DNA of 64,000 bases from an uncultured Alphaproteobacteria bacterium (GTDB lineage Bacteria; Pseudomonadota; Alphaproteobacteria; Acetobacterales; Acetobacteraceae). The position numbers were made by a program, and so were the translations under genes. The notes beneath the pieces were generated by a model, which was not told the DNA's origin, made no database searches, and was given only the letters and a program-made list of their open reading frames with translations. The DNA lies in assembly GCA_963696195.1 (NCBI GenBank), contig OY968826.1, positions 2,829,101 to 2,893,100 of the forward strand. Reading direction: 5' to 3'. Of the stretch, positions 41,034-50,023 are shown in pieces (position 1 is the first letter of the stretch; each line of letters begins with the position of its first letter).

Positions 41034-42389
41034 ATGACCGCGACGGAAACAAAAACCCGTAGACTGCATATAGTGACTCATGGCTGCCAGATGAACGTGT
41101 ACGATAGTGCGCGGATGGCGGATGTGCTGGCGCCCTTGGGCTACACCACCGTGGACACCCCCGAGGGGGCGGACATGGTGATTATGAATACCTGCCACAT
41201 CCGCGAGCGGGCGGCGGAGAAAGTGTTTTCCGCGCTGGGGCGGTTGCGCGATTTGAAGGAAGCTGGCGGCGGCAAGATGATGATCGCCGTGACGGGCTGC
41301 GTGGCGCAGGCGGAGGGCGATATTCTGCTGAAGCGGGCACCCTATGTGGACATGGTGGTGGGACCGCAGGCGTATCACCGGTTGCCCGAGCTGATCGCGC
41401 AGGTGCACCGGAGCAAGGGCTCGGTGATTGATACCGATTTCCCGGCGGAGAAAAAATTTGATTTTCTGCCGGATGCGGCGGCGGCGCAGGGGGTGATTGC
41501 GAACCTGACCATCCAGGAAGGCTGCGACAAGTTCTGCTCGTTCTGCGTGGTGCCATATACGCGCGGGGCTGAAGCCTCCCGCCCGGTGGCGAGCATTGTG
41601 GCCGAGGCCAGGCGGATGGTGGCGCAGGGGACGCGCGAGATTGCGCTGCTGGGGCAGAATGTGAATGCCTACCACGGCGAGGGGCCGGATGGGCGGATTT
41701 GGAGCCTGACGCGGCTGCTGAGCGAGTTGGCGGAGGTCGAGGGGCTGAGCCGGTTGCGCTATACGACCTCGCACCCGTCGGACATGACCGAGGAGCTGAT
41801 TTTGGCGCACCGGGATAATCCGGCGCTGATGCCGTTTTTGCATCTGCCGGTGCAGTCGGGCTCGGACAAGATTTTGACCGCGATGAACCGCAAGCATAAG
41901 GCGGATGATTTCCGGCGGATTGTGGCCCGGTTGCGTGAAGTGCGGCCGGATATGGCATTTACGTCTGATTTCATCATCGGCCACCCCGGCGAGACGGATG
42001 CGGATTTTGCCGCGACCATGGCGCTGGTGCGCGAGACGGGGTTTGCGCTGGCGTATAGCTTTAACTATTCCCCGCGCCCCGGCACGCCGGCGGCGGGGCT
42101 GCCGCAGCTCTCCGACGAAGTGAAGAACGCCCGGCTGTATGAGTTGCAGGCGGAATTGCGGCGCCAGCAGGATGCGTTCAATGCCTCGACCGTGGGGCTG
42201 ACGACGCCGGTGCTGTTTACAGGTTTTGGCCGCCACCCAGGCCAGATTGCCGGACGCTCGCTTTATGCGCAGCCGGTTGTTGTGGAGTCTCCGGTAGAGC
42301 TGACCGGCGAAATTCACGAGGTGAAAATCACGCACGCCAATCCCAACTCACTCTTAGGAAGTTTGAAAAAGGAGGTTCTTGCCGCTTGA
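41034..42389 (+). CDS. miaB: tRNA-2-methylthio-N6-dimethylallyladenosine synthase
   Basis: [24 protein letters not shown] (radical SAM), TRAM-like C-terminus. Confidence 0.96.
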   Translation: MTATETKTRRLHIVTHGCQMNVYDSARMADVLAPLGYTTVDTPEGADMVIMNTCHIRERAAEKVFSALGRLRDLKEAGGGKMMIAVTGCVAQAEGDILLKRAPYVDMVVGPQAYHRLPELIAQVHRSKGSVIDTDFPAEKKFDFLPDAAAAQGVIANLTIQEGCDKFCSFCVVPYTRGAEASRPVASIVAEARRMVAQGTREIALLGQNVNAYHGEGPDGRIWSLTRLLSELAEVEGLSRLRYTTSHPSDMTEELILAHRDNPALMPFLHLPVQSGSDKILTAMNRKHKADDFRRIVARLREVRPDMAFTSDFIIGHPGETDADFAATMALVRETGFALAYSFNYSPRPGTPAAGLPQLSDEVKNARLYELQAELRRQQDAFNASTVGLTTPVLFTGFGRHPGQIAGRSLYAQPVVVESPVELTGEIHEVKITHANPNSLLGSLKKEVLAA

Positions 42390-43408
42390 GCCAGATCATC
42401 GCATCTACGGCTACCCAACCCGTCCCGCCCCCGCGGTCCCTCACCCTCACTTTTGGCGATAACGCGCTGCTTTCGTTGTTGCTGGGGGATCATGACAGGC
42501 ATCTGTCGCGAATCGAGCAGCGGCTCGGGGTGCGGCTGGCGTGCCGGGGGAATCGCGTATCCATTACCGGCTCGGTGGAGCAGGTTGCCGCCGCGGAAGC
42601 GACACTGGCGGCGCTTTACCGGCAGTTGGAACGCGGCGAGATGATTGACGGGCCGAAGGTGGATGCGGCGATGCGGATGACGGACCCGGCGATGGAGCCG
42701 CGGCTGCCGCTCTCGGACTTGCCAGCGATACGGACGCGCAAGGGCGCTGTTGGCCCGCGCAGTGCTGCGCAGGCGGCGTATATTGACCAGCTGGCGCGCC
42801 ATGAGATGGTGTTTGCGCTCGGGCCGGCAGGGACGGGCAAGACGTATTTGGCGGTGGCGCAGGCGGTGGCGATGCTGACTTCCGGGAGGGTGGACAGGAT
42901 CGTGCTCTCCCGCCCGGCGGTGGAAGCGGGTGAACGGCTGGGGTTTTTGCCGGGCGATATGAAGGAGAAGGTGGACCCTTATCTGCGCCCGCTTTATGAT
43001 GCGCTGAACGACATGCTGCCCGGCGACCAGCTGACCAAGCGGATGACGACCGGCGAGATCGAGATTGCGCCGCTGGCGTTCATGCGCGGGCGGACGCTGG
43101 CGCATGCGTTTGTGATTTTGGATGAGGCGCAGAACACCACGGCCGTACAGATGAAAATGTTTTTGACCCGCATGGGCGAGGGCACGCGCATGGTGGTGAC
43201 CGGGGATTTGACGCAGGTGGATTTGCCGACCGGTACGCGCTCAGGGCTCGCGGATGCGCTGGATACGCTGGAAGGGATTTCCGGCATTGGCGTCGCGCGG
43301 TTTAATAATTCCGATGTGGTGCGTCACCCGCTGGTGGGACGGATTGTGGAGGCGTATGACCAGCGCCAGGCCGCGGCGAAGGAAGTTTCGCGCGAGCGGC
43401 GCGGATAA
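42386..43408 (+). CDS. phoH: PhoH family ATPase
   Basis: [36 protein letters not shown]. Confidence 0.93.
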   Translation: MSQIIASTATQPVPPPRSLTLTFGDNALLSLLLGDHDRHLSRIEQRLGVRLACRGNRVSITGSVEQVAAAEATLAALYRQLERGEMIDGPKVDAAMRMTDPAMEPRLPLSDLPAIRTRKGAVGPRSAAQAAYIDQLARHEMVFALGPAGTGKTYLAVAQAVAMLTSGRVDRIVLSRPAVEAGERLGFLPGDMKEKVDPYLRPLYDALNDMLPGDQLTKRMTTGEIEIAPLAFMRGRTLAHAFVILDEAQNTTAVQMKMFLTRMGEGTRMVVTGDLTQVDLPTGTRSGLADALDTLEGISGIGVARFNNSDVVRHPLVGRIVEAYDQRQAAAKEVSRERRG

Positions 43409-43418
43409 ATGGATACAA

Positions 43419-43853
43419 ATGGAACCCGGAAGTAGTTACCCCTTCGGGGGCGAAGTGGTTGTTACGGATAGACGCTGGAATTTTTATGTGCGGGATGTGG
43501 TGCGCGTGGCGGCCCGCGCACTGCGGGCGGCGGGGTGCGAGGCCGGCGTGGTACTCACCGACGACCGCACCGTGCAGCGCCTGAATTACCGGGACCGGGG
43601 CAAGAATAAGCCGACCAATGTGCTCACCTATGAGACCCCGCCGGAGATTATGCTGGCGCTGGGCGTGGTGCGGCGTGAGGCGGCGCGGGAAGGTAAATCG
43701 GTGACGGCGCACCTGGTGCATTTGTTGGTGCATGGGGCGTTGCATTTGCGGGGATATGACCATCACCACGTTGGGCAGGCGCGGGAGATGGAGAGCGAGG
43801 AGGCTAAAATTTTGGCGCGGTTGAAGGTGGCGAACCCATGGAAAAACCGATGA
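43419..43853 (+). CDS. ybeY: rRNA maturation RNase YbeY
   Basis: RGKNKPTNVL, HGALHLRGYDH zinc motif. Confidence 0.9.
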   Translation: MEPGSSYPFGGEVVVTDRRWNFYVRDVVRVAARALRAAGCEAGVVLTDDRTVQRLNYRDRGKNKPTNVLTYETPPEIMLALGVVRREAAREGKSVTAHLVHLLVHGALHLRGYDHHHVGQAREMESEEAKILARLKVANPWKNR

Positions 43854-44734
43854 GCTCGGCATTTGGACGGATATTGAACCGGCTGCGCAGCAGTGAGCAA
43901 TCAGTGCGCGATTCCATTGCGGAACTGGTGCAGGAGGCGGGGGCCACGGGGCTGGATGCGGCCGGCGAGGGCGTGGGGTTGAATTTGCAGGAGCGGGCGT
44001 TGATCGCCAACGTGCTGCGGCTGCGCGGGATTAGTGCTGACGACGTGATGGTGCCGCGGCCCGATATTATCGCCATGCGAGCGGATGTTAGTTTGGCGCA
44101 GGCGATTGAGTTGCTGCGGCAGGAAGGACATTCGCGGTTGCCGGTGTTCCGCGAGCATCTGGATGATCTGGTGGGCATGGTGCACATTAAGGATGTGTTT
44201 GCTTATAGCGGCGAGCCGGAAAATTTTTCGGTGGAAAAGATTTTGCGCAAGCCGCTGCTGGTGGCGCCCCAGATTGGGGTGTTGGATTTATTGTTGCAGA
44301 TGCGCCAGACGCGGACGCATCTGGCGCTGGTGGTGGATGAGTACGGCGGGATCGACGGGCTGGTGACCATCGAGGATTTGGTGGAGACGATTGTCGGCGA
44401 TATTTCCGACGAACATGACGAAATTGAAGGCCCGATGGTGGTGGAACGCCCCGATGGGGCGCTGGATTTGAATGCGCTGCTGCCGGTGGAAGAGTTTGAG
44501 ACGAAGATGGGGCCGGTGCTCTCGGAAGATGAGCGCGATGCGGATATTGAGACCGTGGGTGGGCTGGTGTTTAACCTGGCGGGACGGGTGCCGGCGAAGG
44601 GGGAGATTATCGCGCATCCCTCGGGCGTGGAGTTTTTGGTGCTGGAGGCGGATGCGCGGCGGATACGCAGGCTGCGGGCGAGGCGGACGCTGACGCCGGA
44701 GGCCGAGGAGGCGGCGGCGAAGGATGAAAGCTGA
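43838..44734 (+). CDS. corC: HlyC/CorC family CBS-domain protein
   Basis: DVMVPR, GHSRLPV, VVDEYGGIDGLVTIEDLVE, ETVGG. Confidence 0.9.
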   Translation: MEKPMSSAFGRILNRLRSSEQSVRDSIAELVQEAGATGLDAAGEGVGLNLQERALIANVLRLRGISADDVMVPRPDIIAMRADVSLAQAIELLRQEGHSRLPVFREHLDDLVGMVHIKDVFAYSGEPENFSVEKILRKPLLVAPQIGVLDLLLQMRQTRTHLALVVDEYGGIDGLVTIEDLVETIVGDISDEHDEIEGPMVVERPDGALDLNALLPVEEFETKMGPVLSEDERDADIETVGGLVFNLAGRVPAKGEIIAHPSGVEFLVLEADARRIRRLRARRTLTPEAEEAAAKDES

Positions 44735-44939
44735 AGGGGGGGCGCCGGGGGTGCTCCACGTGAAGCTATTGTGAGGGTTGTGGTGTAACGTGTTGTTAGT
44801 GTGGCTTAATTTTTTGCTTGCACCCCAATTTGTGCGGGTTTGTGCCGGAAAAGGAATGAGTTGGGGGTGGGATGGTGGTTTTAGAGCCTTGTTGGACGGT
44901 GATGGCCAACGGTGGAATGGCAGGATGGGGCCGGGAGCA

Positions 44940-45430
44940 GAATGGCGGGTTTGGAGTTACGGCTATCAGGTCGTCCGCCGCCTAGCCGATACCGGCGAGC
45001 CAGAATGCGGCCTGCGGAGTGGCAAAACATCACCGGGGAAGTCGCCGAGGCGCGCCGCCGCGAGTTGGCCACGATCCAGCGCAAGATCGACCATATCGTC
45101 GAGGCCATTGCCGATGGCGGACGCAATGCCGCCCTTCGGGCCAAGCTCGATACGCTGACCTCAACGTACGAGGCGTTGCAGGCAGAAGCTGGAGAGGGAG
45201 ATGCTCATCTGCCACCGCTGGAAGCAGACCTGGCCGAAATCTACCACCGCCGGATCAATGACCTGCAGCAGGCTCTCGCTAGTGATGATGCAATCGAGAG
45301 CCGTGAACGCGTGCGGGACTTGATTGACCAGATCGCCGTGCGTCCGCCGGAAGACGAAGGCGAGCCGGTAGTGGAGTTCAGCGGCAATCTGGCGAGCATG
45401 CTTGCTCTTGGCGGTTTAGCACTAGCGAAG
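44940..45430 (+). pseudogene. Remnant of a large serine recombinase (internally deleted)
   Basis: SYGYQVVRRLADTGEP (start of recombinase domain) joined in another frame to the C-terminal coil RRELATIQRKIDHIVEAIADG..LAEIYHRRINDL..RDLIDQI; no catalytic domain. Confidence 0.7.
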
Positions 45431-45447
45431 GAGCCGTCTATAAAAGA

Positions 45448-45487
45448 GGGGCCAGGGGACAGCGTCCCCTGGCCTTACTTACTTCCT
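45448..45487 (-). repeat. Truncated copy of the ~65-bp palindromic intergenic repeat
   Basis: Minus strand GAGGAAGTAAGTAAGGCCAGGGGACGCTGTCCCCTGGCCCC; second hairpin missing. Confidence 0.7.
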
Positions 45488-46239
45488 CAACCCGCGCGTA
45501 AAAACAGGCCGATGGTGAGGAGGATGCCGATGGTTGTGATGGCGATGCGCAGGGCGGTTTCGTTGATGCGGCGGAGCATATAGACGCCGAGTTGGCCGCC
45601 GAGGATGGCGCAGATGGCGACGAGCAGGACGATGTGCCAGTGCACGTGGGTTCGGACGGTGAAGATGACGACGGCAGCGACGTTGATGACGCCGGCGAGC
45701 ATGTTTTTGGTGGCACCTGCGTGGCGGACGGAGAGTCCGGCGGCGGTGAGGGCGGCGAGCATGAGGATGCCGATGCCGCCGCCGAAGTAGCCGCCGTAGA
45801 TGGCGATGAGCATTTGCGCGGCCATGGCGGCGCGCGGGGTGATGTGGGCGGGTTCGTCCTCGGCGCGTTTTTTGGCGACGAAGCTGCCCCAGGCGAAGAC
45901 GGCGGTGGCGAACAGCACCAGGAAGGGCACGAGGTGGGTGAAGATGCTGACGGGCGTTGCCAGCAGCAGGCAGGCGCCGATGGCGCCGCCGATGAGGCTG
46001 ATGCCTAAAAGCATGCGGATGGAGAGGCCCGCCGCACCTTCCACCATGTTGCGGCCGGAGAGCGAGGTGGTGACCTGGCCGGGGAACAGGGCGATGGTGG
46101 AGGTGATGTTCGCGGTGAGCGGGTTAAGCCCGGCGAAGAGCATGGCCGGGAACACCAGGAATGAACCGCCCCCAGCCAGCGCGTTTTGCGCGCCGGCGAT
46201 GAATGCCGCGAGGAGGAGCAGGATGATCGGCAGGGTCAT
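45487..46239 (-). CDS. Sulfite exporter TauE/SafE (TSUP) family protein
   Basis: NALAGGGS, ANITST, YGGYFGGGIG, TKN; multi-TM. Confidence 0.9.
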   Translation of the reverse strand: MTLPIILLLLAAFIAGAQNALAGGGSFLVFPAMLFAGLNPLTANITSTIALFPGQVTTSLSGRNMVEGAAGLSIRMLLGISLIGGAIGACLLLATPVSIFTHLVPFLVLFATAVFAWGSFVAKKRAEDEPAHITPRAAMAAQMLIAIYGGYFGGGIGILMLAALTAAGLSVRHAGATKNMLAGVINVAAVVIFTVRTHVHWHIVLLVAICAILGGQLGVYMLRRINETALRIAITTIGILLTIGLFLRAG

Positions 46240-46244
46240 GCCGC

Positions 46245-47222
46245 TTAGGCCAGGGCTTTCAGTTCAGCCGCGGGCGGGCGGGCGCCGATACGGCTGATGG
46301 CCAGGGCCGCCGCTTTGGCGCCGAGCATACCGGCGGCATGCAGCGTTTCACCTTTTGTGTAGGCGGTGAGGAAGCCGGCGGCGTAGGCATCGCCAGCACC
46401 TGTGGTGTCCACCACCTCGGTTGGCGCCGCCGCGACATGGGTTTGCGTGCCTTCATGCAAAATGATGCTGCCGGCTTCGCTGCGGGTGAGGATTGCAAGC
46501 TTGATGTCGCGCGCGGCGTCGGCGGCGGCGGCGGCGAAGTCGTTGCGCTGATACAGGCTACATATTTCAGCCTCGTTGGCGAAGAGAATGTCCACACCCT
46601 CGGCGATGAGGCGGCGGAAGCCGTCGCGGTGGCGATCCACACAAAAAGCGTCAGAGAGGGAGAGAGCGGTTTTCTGCCCCGCCGCGCGGGCGGCTTTCGC
46701 GGCTTCGGCGAAGGCGGCCTGGGCAGCCGGTGGGTCAAACAAATAGCCTTCCAGGTAGGTGACGGCGGAGGCGGCGATCACGGTCTCGTCCAGGTCGGAG
46801 AGCGCGAACTCGCCGCCGGCGCCGAGGTAGGTGTTCATGGTGCGCTGGCCGTCCGGCGTGACCAGGATGAGGCAGCGCGCGGTGGGGATTTGCGCATGCA
46901 AGGGGGCGGTGGGGTAGTGCACGCCATGCGCGGCGATCTCGCGGCGGAAAACATCGCCCATCTCATCGCCCGCGACCTTGCCTAGGAAAGCAACGCGTGC
47001 GCCGAGTGCTGCGGCCACGGCGCAGGTGTTGGCAACCGAGCCGCCGGAAGCCGTCAGCCCGCCCTGCATGGCGGCGGTGAGTCGGGTCGCGGTATCCGCG
47101 TCAATGAGCGACATGCTGCCCTTGGGCATATTATGGTGGCTTAAAAATGCGTCATTCGTTGGTAACAGGAGATCGACGATGGCATTGCCGATGCCGGTAA
47201 TATCGAAGCGGGTGACGGCCAT
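46245..47222 (-). CDS. PfkB family sugar/adenosine kinase
   Basis: GIGNAIVD, GGSVANT, YLEGYL, FANEAE, DTTGAGDAYAAG. Confidence 0.9.
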   Translation of the reverse strand: MAVTRFDITGIGNAIVDLLLPTNDAFLSHHNMPKGSMSLIDADTATRLTAAMQGGLTASGGSVANTCAVAAALGARVAFLGKVAGDEMGDVFRREIAAHGVHYPTAPLHAQIPTARCLILVTPDGQRTMNTYLGAGGEFALSDLDETVIAASAVTYLEGYLFDPPAAQAAFAEAAKAARAAGQKTALSLSDAFCVDRHRDGFRRLIAEGVDILFANEAEICSLYQRNDFAAAAADAARDIKLAILTRSEAGSIILHEGTQTHVAAAPTEVVDTTGAGDAYAAGFLTAYTKGETLHAAGMLGAKAAALAISRIGARPPAAELKALA

Positions 47223-47366
47223 GCTGCTCTCTCCAAGGGGTTTTCAGCCCGGCCGATACCACCCCTGCCGCCGTGCGGGCAAATGTTGGCGCCGCATGGC
47301 TGAGGTTGTCCCGGGGCGGCGGGCCGTGCTAGCCCACGGGTACAATTATTGTGTCACGGAGGATTC

Positions 47367-47966
47367 GTGTTCAACAAACGTAAGCCTGAAGAGCCGAAGC
47401 TGACCGCCGTAATTCCACCGGCCGCCGAAACCCCGGCCCCGGAAACCGACACCGCTGCCGAGCCCGAGAGCACCCCGGCCGCACCCGCTCAATCTAGTTT
47501 CAAGGAGACTTTCATGGTCCGTTCCCCCTTTACGCCGCATGTGCCCACGCCACCCCCCGGCGTTCCCGCCCGCTCCACCGTGACCAGCACCGCCGCCTCC
47601 GCCCCGCGCGAAGACGGCCAGCGCCGCACCCTGGTGGTCGGCCGCGGCATTAGCGTGCAAGGCACCGTGCAGGACGCCGAACGCCTGGTGGTTGAAGGCA
47701 CCGTGGAAGCAGCCATGATCAACGGCCTGGTGGAACTCTCCATCGCCCAGGGCGGCCTGTTCAAAGGCGAAGTCGAAGTCGACGAAGCCGAAGTCGCCGG
47801 AACCATCGACGGAACGCTCGTCGCCCGCCACGCCCTCATCGTCCGCTCCTCCGGCCGCGTGCTCGGCACCGCACGCTGCCGCCGCCTGCAGGTGGAAGAC
47901 GGCGGCCAAATCACCGGCCGCATCGAAATGCTCACCGATGCCCAAGCCGCCGGGCACGAAGACTAA
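47367..47966 (+). CDS. Bactofilin (polymer-forming cytoskeletal protein)
   Basis: MFNKRK N-terminus, Pro/Ala linker, LVVGRGISVQGTV..LVVEGTVE..GEVEV..GTIDG beta-helix. Confidence 0.88.
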   Translation: MFNKRKPEEPKLTAVIPPAAETPAPETDTAAEPESTPAAPAQSSFKETFMVRSPFTPHVPTPPPGVPARSTVTSTAASAPREDGQRRTLVVGRGISVQGTVQDAERLVVEGTVEAAMINGLVELSIAQGGLFKGEVEVDEAEVAGTIDGTLVARHALIVRSSGRVLGTARCRRLQVEDGGQITGRIEMLTDAQAAGHED

Positions 47967-47972
47967 GCGGAG

Positions 47973-48035
47973 GAAGTAAGGCCAGGGGGTGCTACCCCCT
48001 GCCCCCCCGCCAAAGGCTCGCCTTTGGAATCCATT
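47973..48035 (+). repeat. Full copy of the ~65-bp two-hairpin intergenic repeat
   Basis: GAAGTAAGGCCAGGGGGTGCTACCCCCTG-CCCCCCCG-CCAAAGGCTCGCCTTTGG-AATCCATT. Confidence 0.8.
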
Positions 48036-48258
48036 CTCCAGCAGGGCGCCCAAGGAATATGACGATGCGATTGTGCGGCTGCGGCTGCGGCAGGCGTTTG
48101 GGCGGCTCATTCGCCGGGCCGATGACCGGGGCGTGTTCGTGCTGCTGGACCGGCAGATACCCTCACGGCTGCTGAGCGCGTTCCCCGAGCGGGCGCCGAT
48201 CATCCGCTCCGGGCTGGCCGAGGCGGTGGTGGGGATACGGCGGTTTTTGGAGGGGTGA
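48036..48258 (+). pseudogene. Orphan 3' fragment (~73 codons) of a DinG-family helicase
   Basis: YDDAIVRLRLRQAFGRLIRRADDRGVFVLLD (helicase motif VI region, QxxGRxIR) with native-looking stop; no 5' part. Confidence 0.75.
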
Positions 48259-48280
48259 GGTGGTGGTGAGGGTGGCTTAA

Positions 48281-48323
48281 CGGACGCAAAGGTGGCGGAA
48301 TGCGCTTCGCTTTTCCGCCCTAC
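48281..48323 (-). repeat. GTAG-class REP, copy 1
   Basis: Minus strand GTAG-GGCGGAAAAGCGAAGCGCATTCCGCC followed by ACCTTTGCGTCCG. Confidence 0.75.
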
Positions 48324-48332
48324 ATTGCTGTA

Positions 48333-48734
48333 TTAATTGGCGGCTTCGGCCAGAATTTTCTCGCGGGCCGCGCTGGCGATGAAACCGGAGCGGGTTAAAC
48401 CGCGCTGTTGCGCGGCACGGTCGATCTCCGCCAACAAGGCGGCATCCAGGGACAGATTGGCCCGCACGGGGCGCCCGCTGTCGAGCAGAACGGGGATATT
48501 GACGATAACCTCGTTCGCCTGAACCTCCTCGCGCATAATGCGGTCGAGGGGGGTCGGCGCGGGAAGAGCAAAGCCCTTGCCCGCCCGATGTTCGGCCCAT
48601 TCCCGCGCCGCGGAGATGGCATCGGCAAGCGCCTCATCAGGATTGCCGCCGCCACCGTGGCAACCGGGAAGATCGGGAACCCGAACCCCCCAGCTGTCTC
48701 CGCTGCCATCCAAAATCCCATAAAACTGCGCCAT
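48333..48734 (-). CDS. hicB: HicB family antitoxin with C-terminal RHH
   Basis: WGVRVPDLPGC, DEALADA, RANLSLDAALLAEIDRAA..TRSGFI. Confidence 0.9.
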   Translation of the reverse strand: MAQFYGILDGSGDSWGVRVPDLPGCHGGGGNPDEALADAISAAREWAEHRAGKGFALPAPTPLDRIMREEVQANEVIVNIPVLLDSGRPVRANLSLDAALLAEIDRAAQQRGLTRSGFIASAAREKILAEAAN

Positions 48735-48748
48735 CTTGCTTTACCTTT

Positions 48749-48955
48749 TTAAATCCACCCGGCTTGCTTTGCGATCAAGCGCGCAACGCCTGGGGATAAT
48801 ACCTTGTGCCGGGGCACAACAATCAACATTTCTGGCCGGGCGGGGTGTTCGTACTTGTCGTGTTTTCCACCTCCCACACTCACCCAGCCATCAGCCTTTA
48901 AGCGGTCGGTAACCTTGCGGGTGTTTGTCTCGGTCACGTTTAACCATTCCTGCAA
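48749..48955 (-). CDS. hicA: HicA family mRNA interferase toxin (start may be GTG 48937)
   Basis: LKADGW..GGGKHDKYEHP..IVVPRH..LSPGVARLIAKQAG; directly upstream of hicB. Confidence 0.88.
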   Translation of the reverse strand: MQEWLNVTETNTRKVTDRLKADGWVSVGGGKHDKYEHPARPEMLIVVPRHKVLSPGVARLIAKQAGWI

Positions 48956-49022
48956 AAAACATCGTCATTTGTCCTCGCCTAATCTAAACTGGTAAATTCC
49001 AGTCCGGTCCCCTCAGGCATAT

Positions 49023-49085
49023 GCGCAAATAATTCGCAATTCCGTTGTGACATACAAGCGCTAAATGCGCAAGTATTTGCGCAAC
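49023..49085. promoter_or_regulatory. Inverted repeats upstream of hicA, probable HicB operator
   Basis: TGCGCAAATA near 49023 inverted at TATTTGCGCA; the distal site is itself TGCGCAA-GTAT-TTGCGCA. Confidence 0.5.
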
Positions 49086-49121
49086 GCCAGTCTTGTGGCC
49101 CAGCTATTTAATGTGGCGTAG

Positions 49122-49156
49122 CGGACGCAAAGATGGCGGAATACGCTTTTCCGCCC
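49122..49156 (-). repeat. REP copy 2 (direct repeat of copy 1, 5-bp deletion, GTAG tail lost)
   Basis: CGGACGCAAAGATGGCGGAATACGCTTTTCCGCCC vs CGGACGCAAAGGTGGCGGAATGCGCTTCGCTTTTCCGCCC. Confidence 0.75.
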
Positions 49157-49159
49157 GGC

Positions 49160-49600
49160 TCAAACGAACCGGAGAATACCCTTATCCGCCCAGTATATCA
49201 GGGCAAGGCAAAAACATGCTGTGTATAGCGCCGCCATACCACTCACATAGCCTGACTGATCCAAGAGATACATCACGGATGCTGCGGTAGCAGCTGCAAG
49301 AGTTATAAATTTCTTTGCGCTCCATCCCACCATTTTATATTCTTGGAGAGTAGGCTTTTCATCCACCACCTCCGCCTCGTCGCCCGATCCAGCAGCTAAC
49401 TGCTTGAAGGTTTTTTCCCGGTTTTTATGCAGGCCTCGTCCGATCACACCATTCAGGAGAAGGGCAAGAATGCACACCCCCAGCAGTTTCCAATCAAACC
49501 GGAACAGAGCAACTAGCGTCAACCCGGTCATGATAGCTTGGAACATATAGAGCGCCCGCAGCTCAAATCGGCGCTCCAGAGCAAAGAGGGCTTGGCTCAT
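49160..49600 (-). CDS. Hypothetical 4-TM membrane protein, AT-richer than host genes
   Basis: 146-aa ORF with two pairs of hydrophobic helices; no family recognised. Confidence 0.6.
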   Translation of the reverse strand: MSQALFALERRFELRALYMFQAIMTGLTLVALFRFDWKLLGVCILALLLNGVIGRGLHKNREKTFKQLAAGSGDEAEVVDEKPTLQEYKMVGWSAKKFITLAAATAASVMYLLDQSGYVSGMAALYTACFCLALIYWADKGILRFV

Positions 49601-50023
49601 GATTATTTTCTATATTGGTCGAGCGTTCAGGGCGGAGGCTATGTGCTAACGAGAGGAGTTCCGCTTACTTTTGCGGGAATACTTGCGGCTAAAGTGTATC
49701 AGCCTTCGGTTCCGCGACGGGTCTACGTCAGGCTGACTTGGCGTGCGGCCATAGCTACCGTCTTTGCCCGGGGCATTAGCCACGGTCTTGTCATTGCCCG
49801 GAAACTCATCATCATTCATATCGGTCACCAGCATTATGCTACTATTTAATTATACTACGATTGTGACATACCCAGCCAGAAAATTCGCAAATCTTAATGG
49901 TTGCTACGCTATGCCCCCGCCTTGACTCTCCCACCCCCCGGTTCTAGGGGGGGGCAGAATATCGTCCGCCGTGCTGCGAGGGTTCGCACCACGGCGTGTT
50001 TTGCGTTGTGAGGGTGGTAGAGC

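Noticed and set aside
49646-49834. 62-aa ORF upstream of the orphan membrane gene
   Set aside because: Short, no family or clear RBS; may be a fragment.
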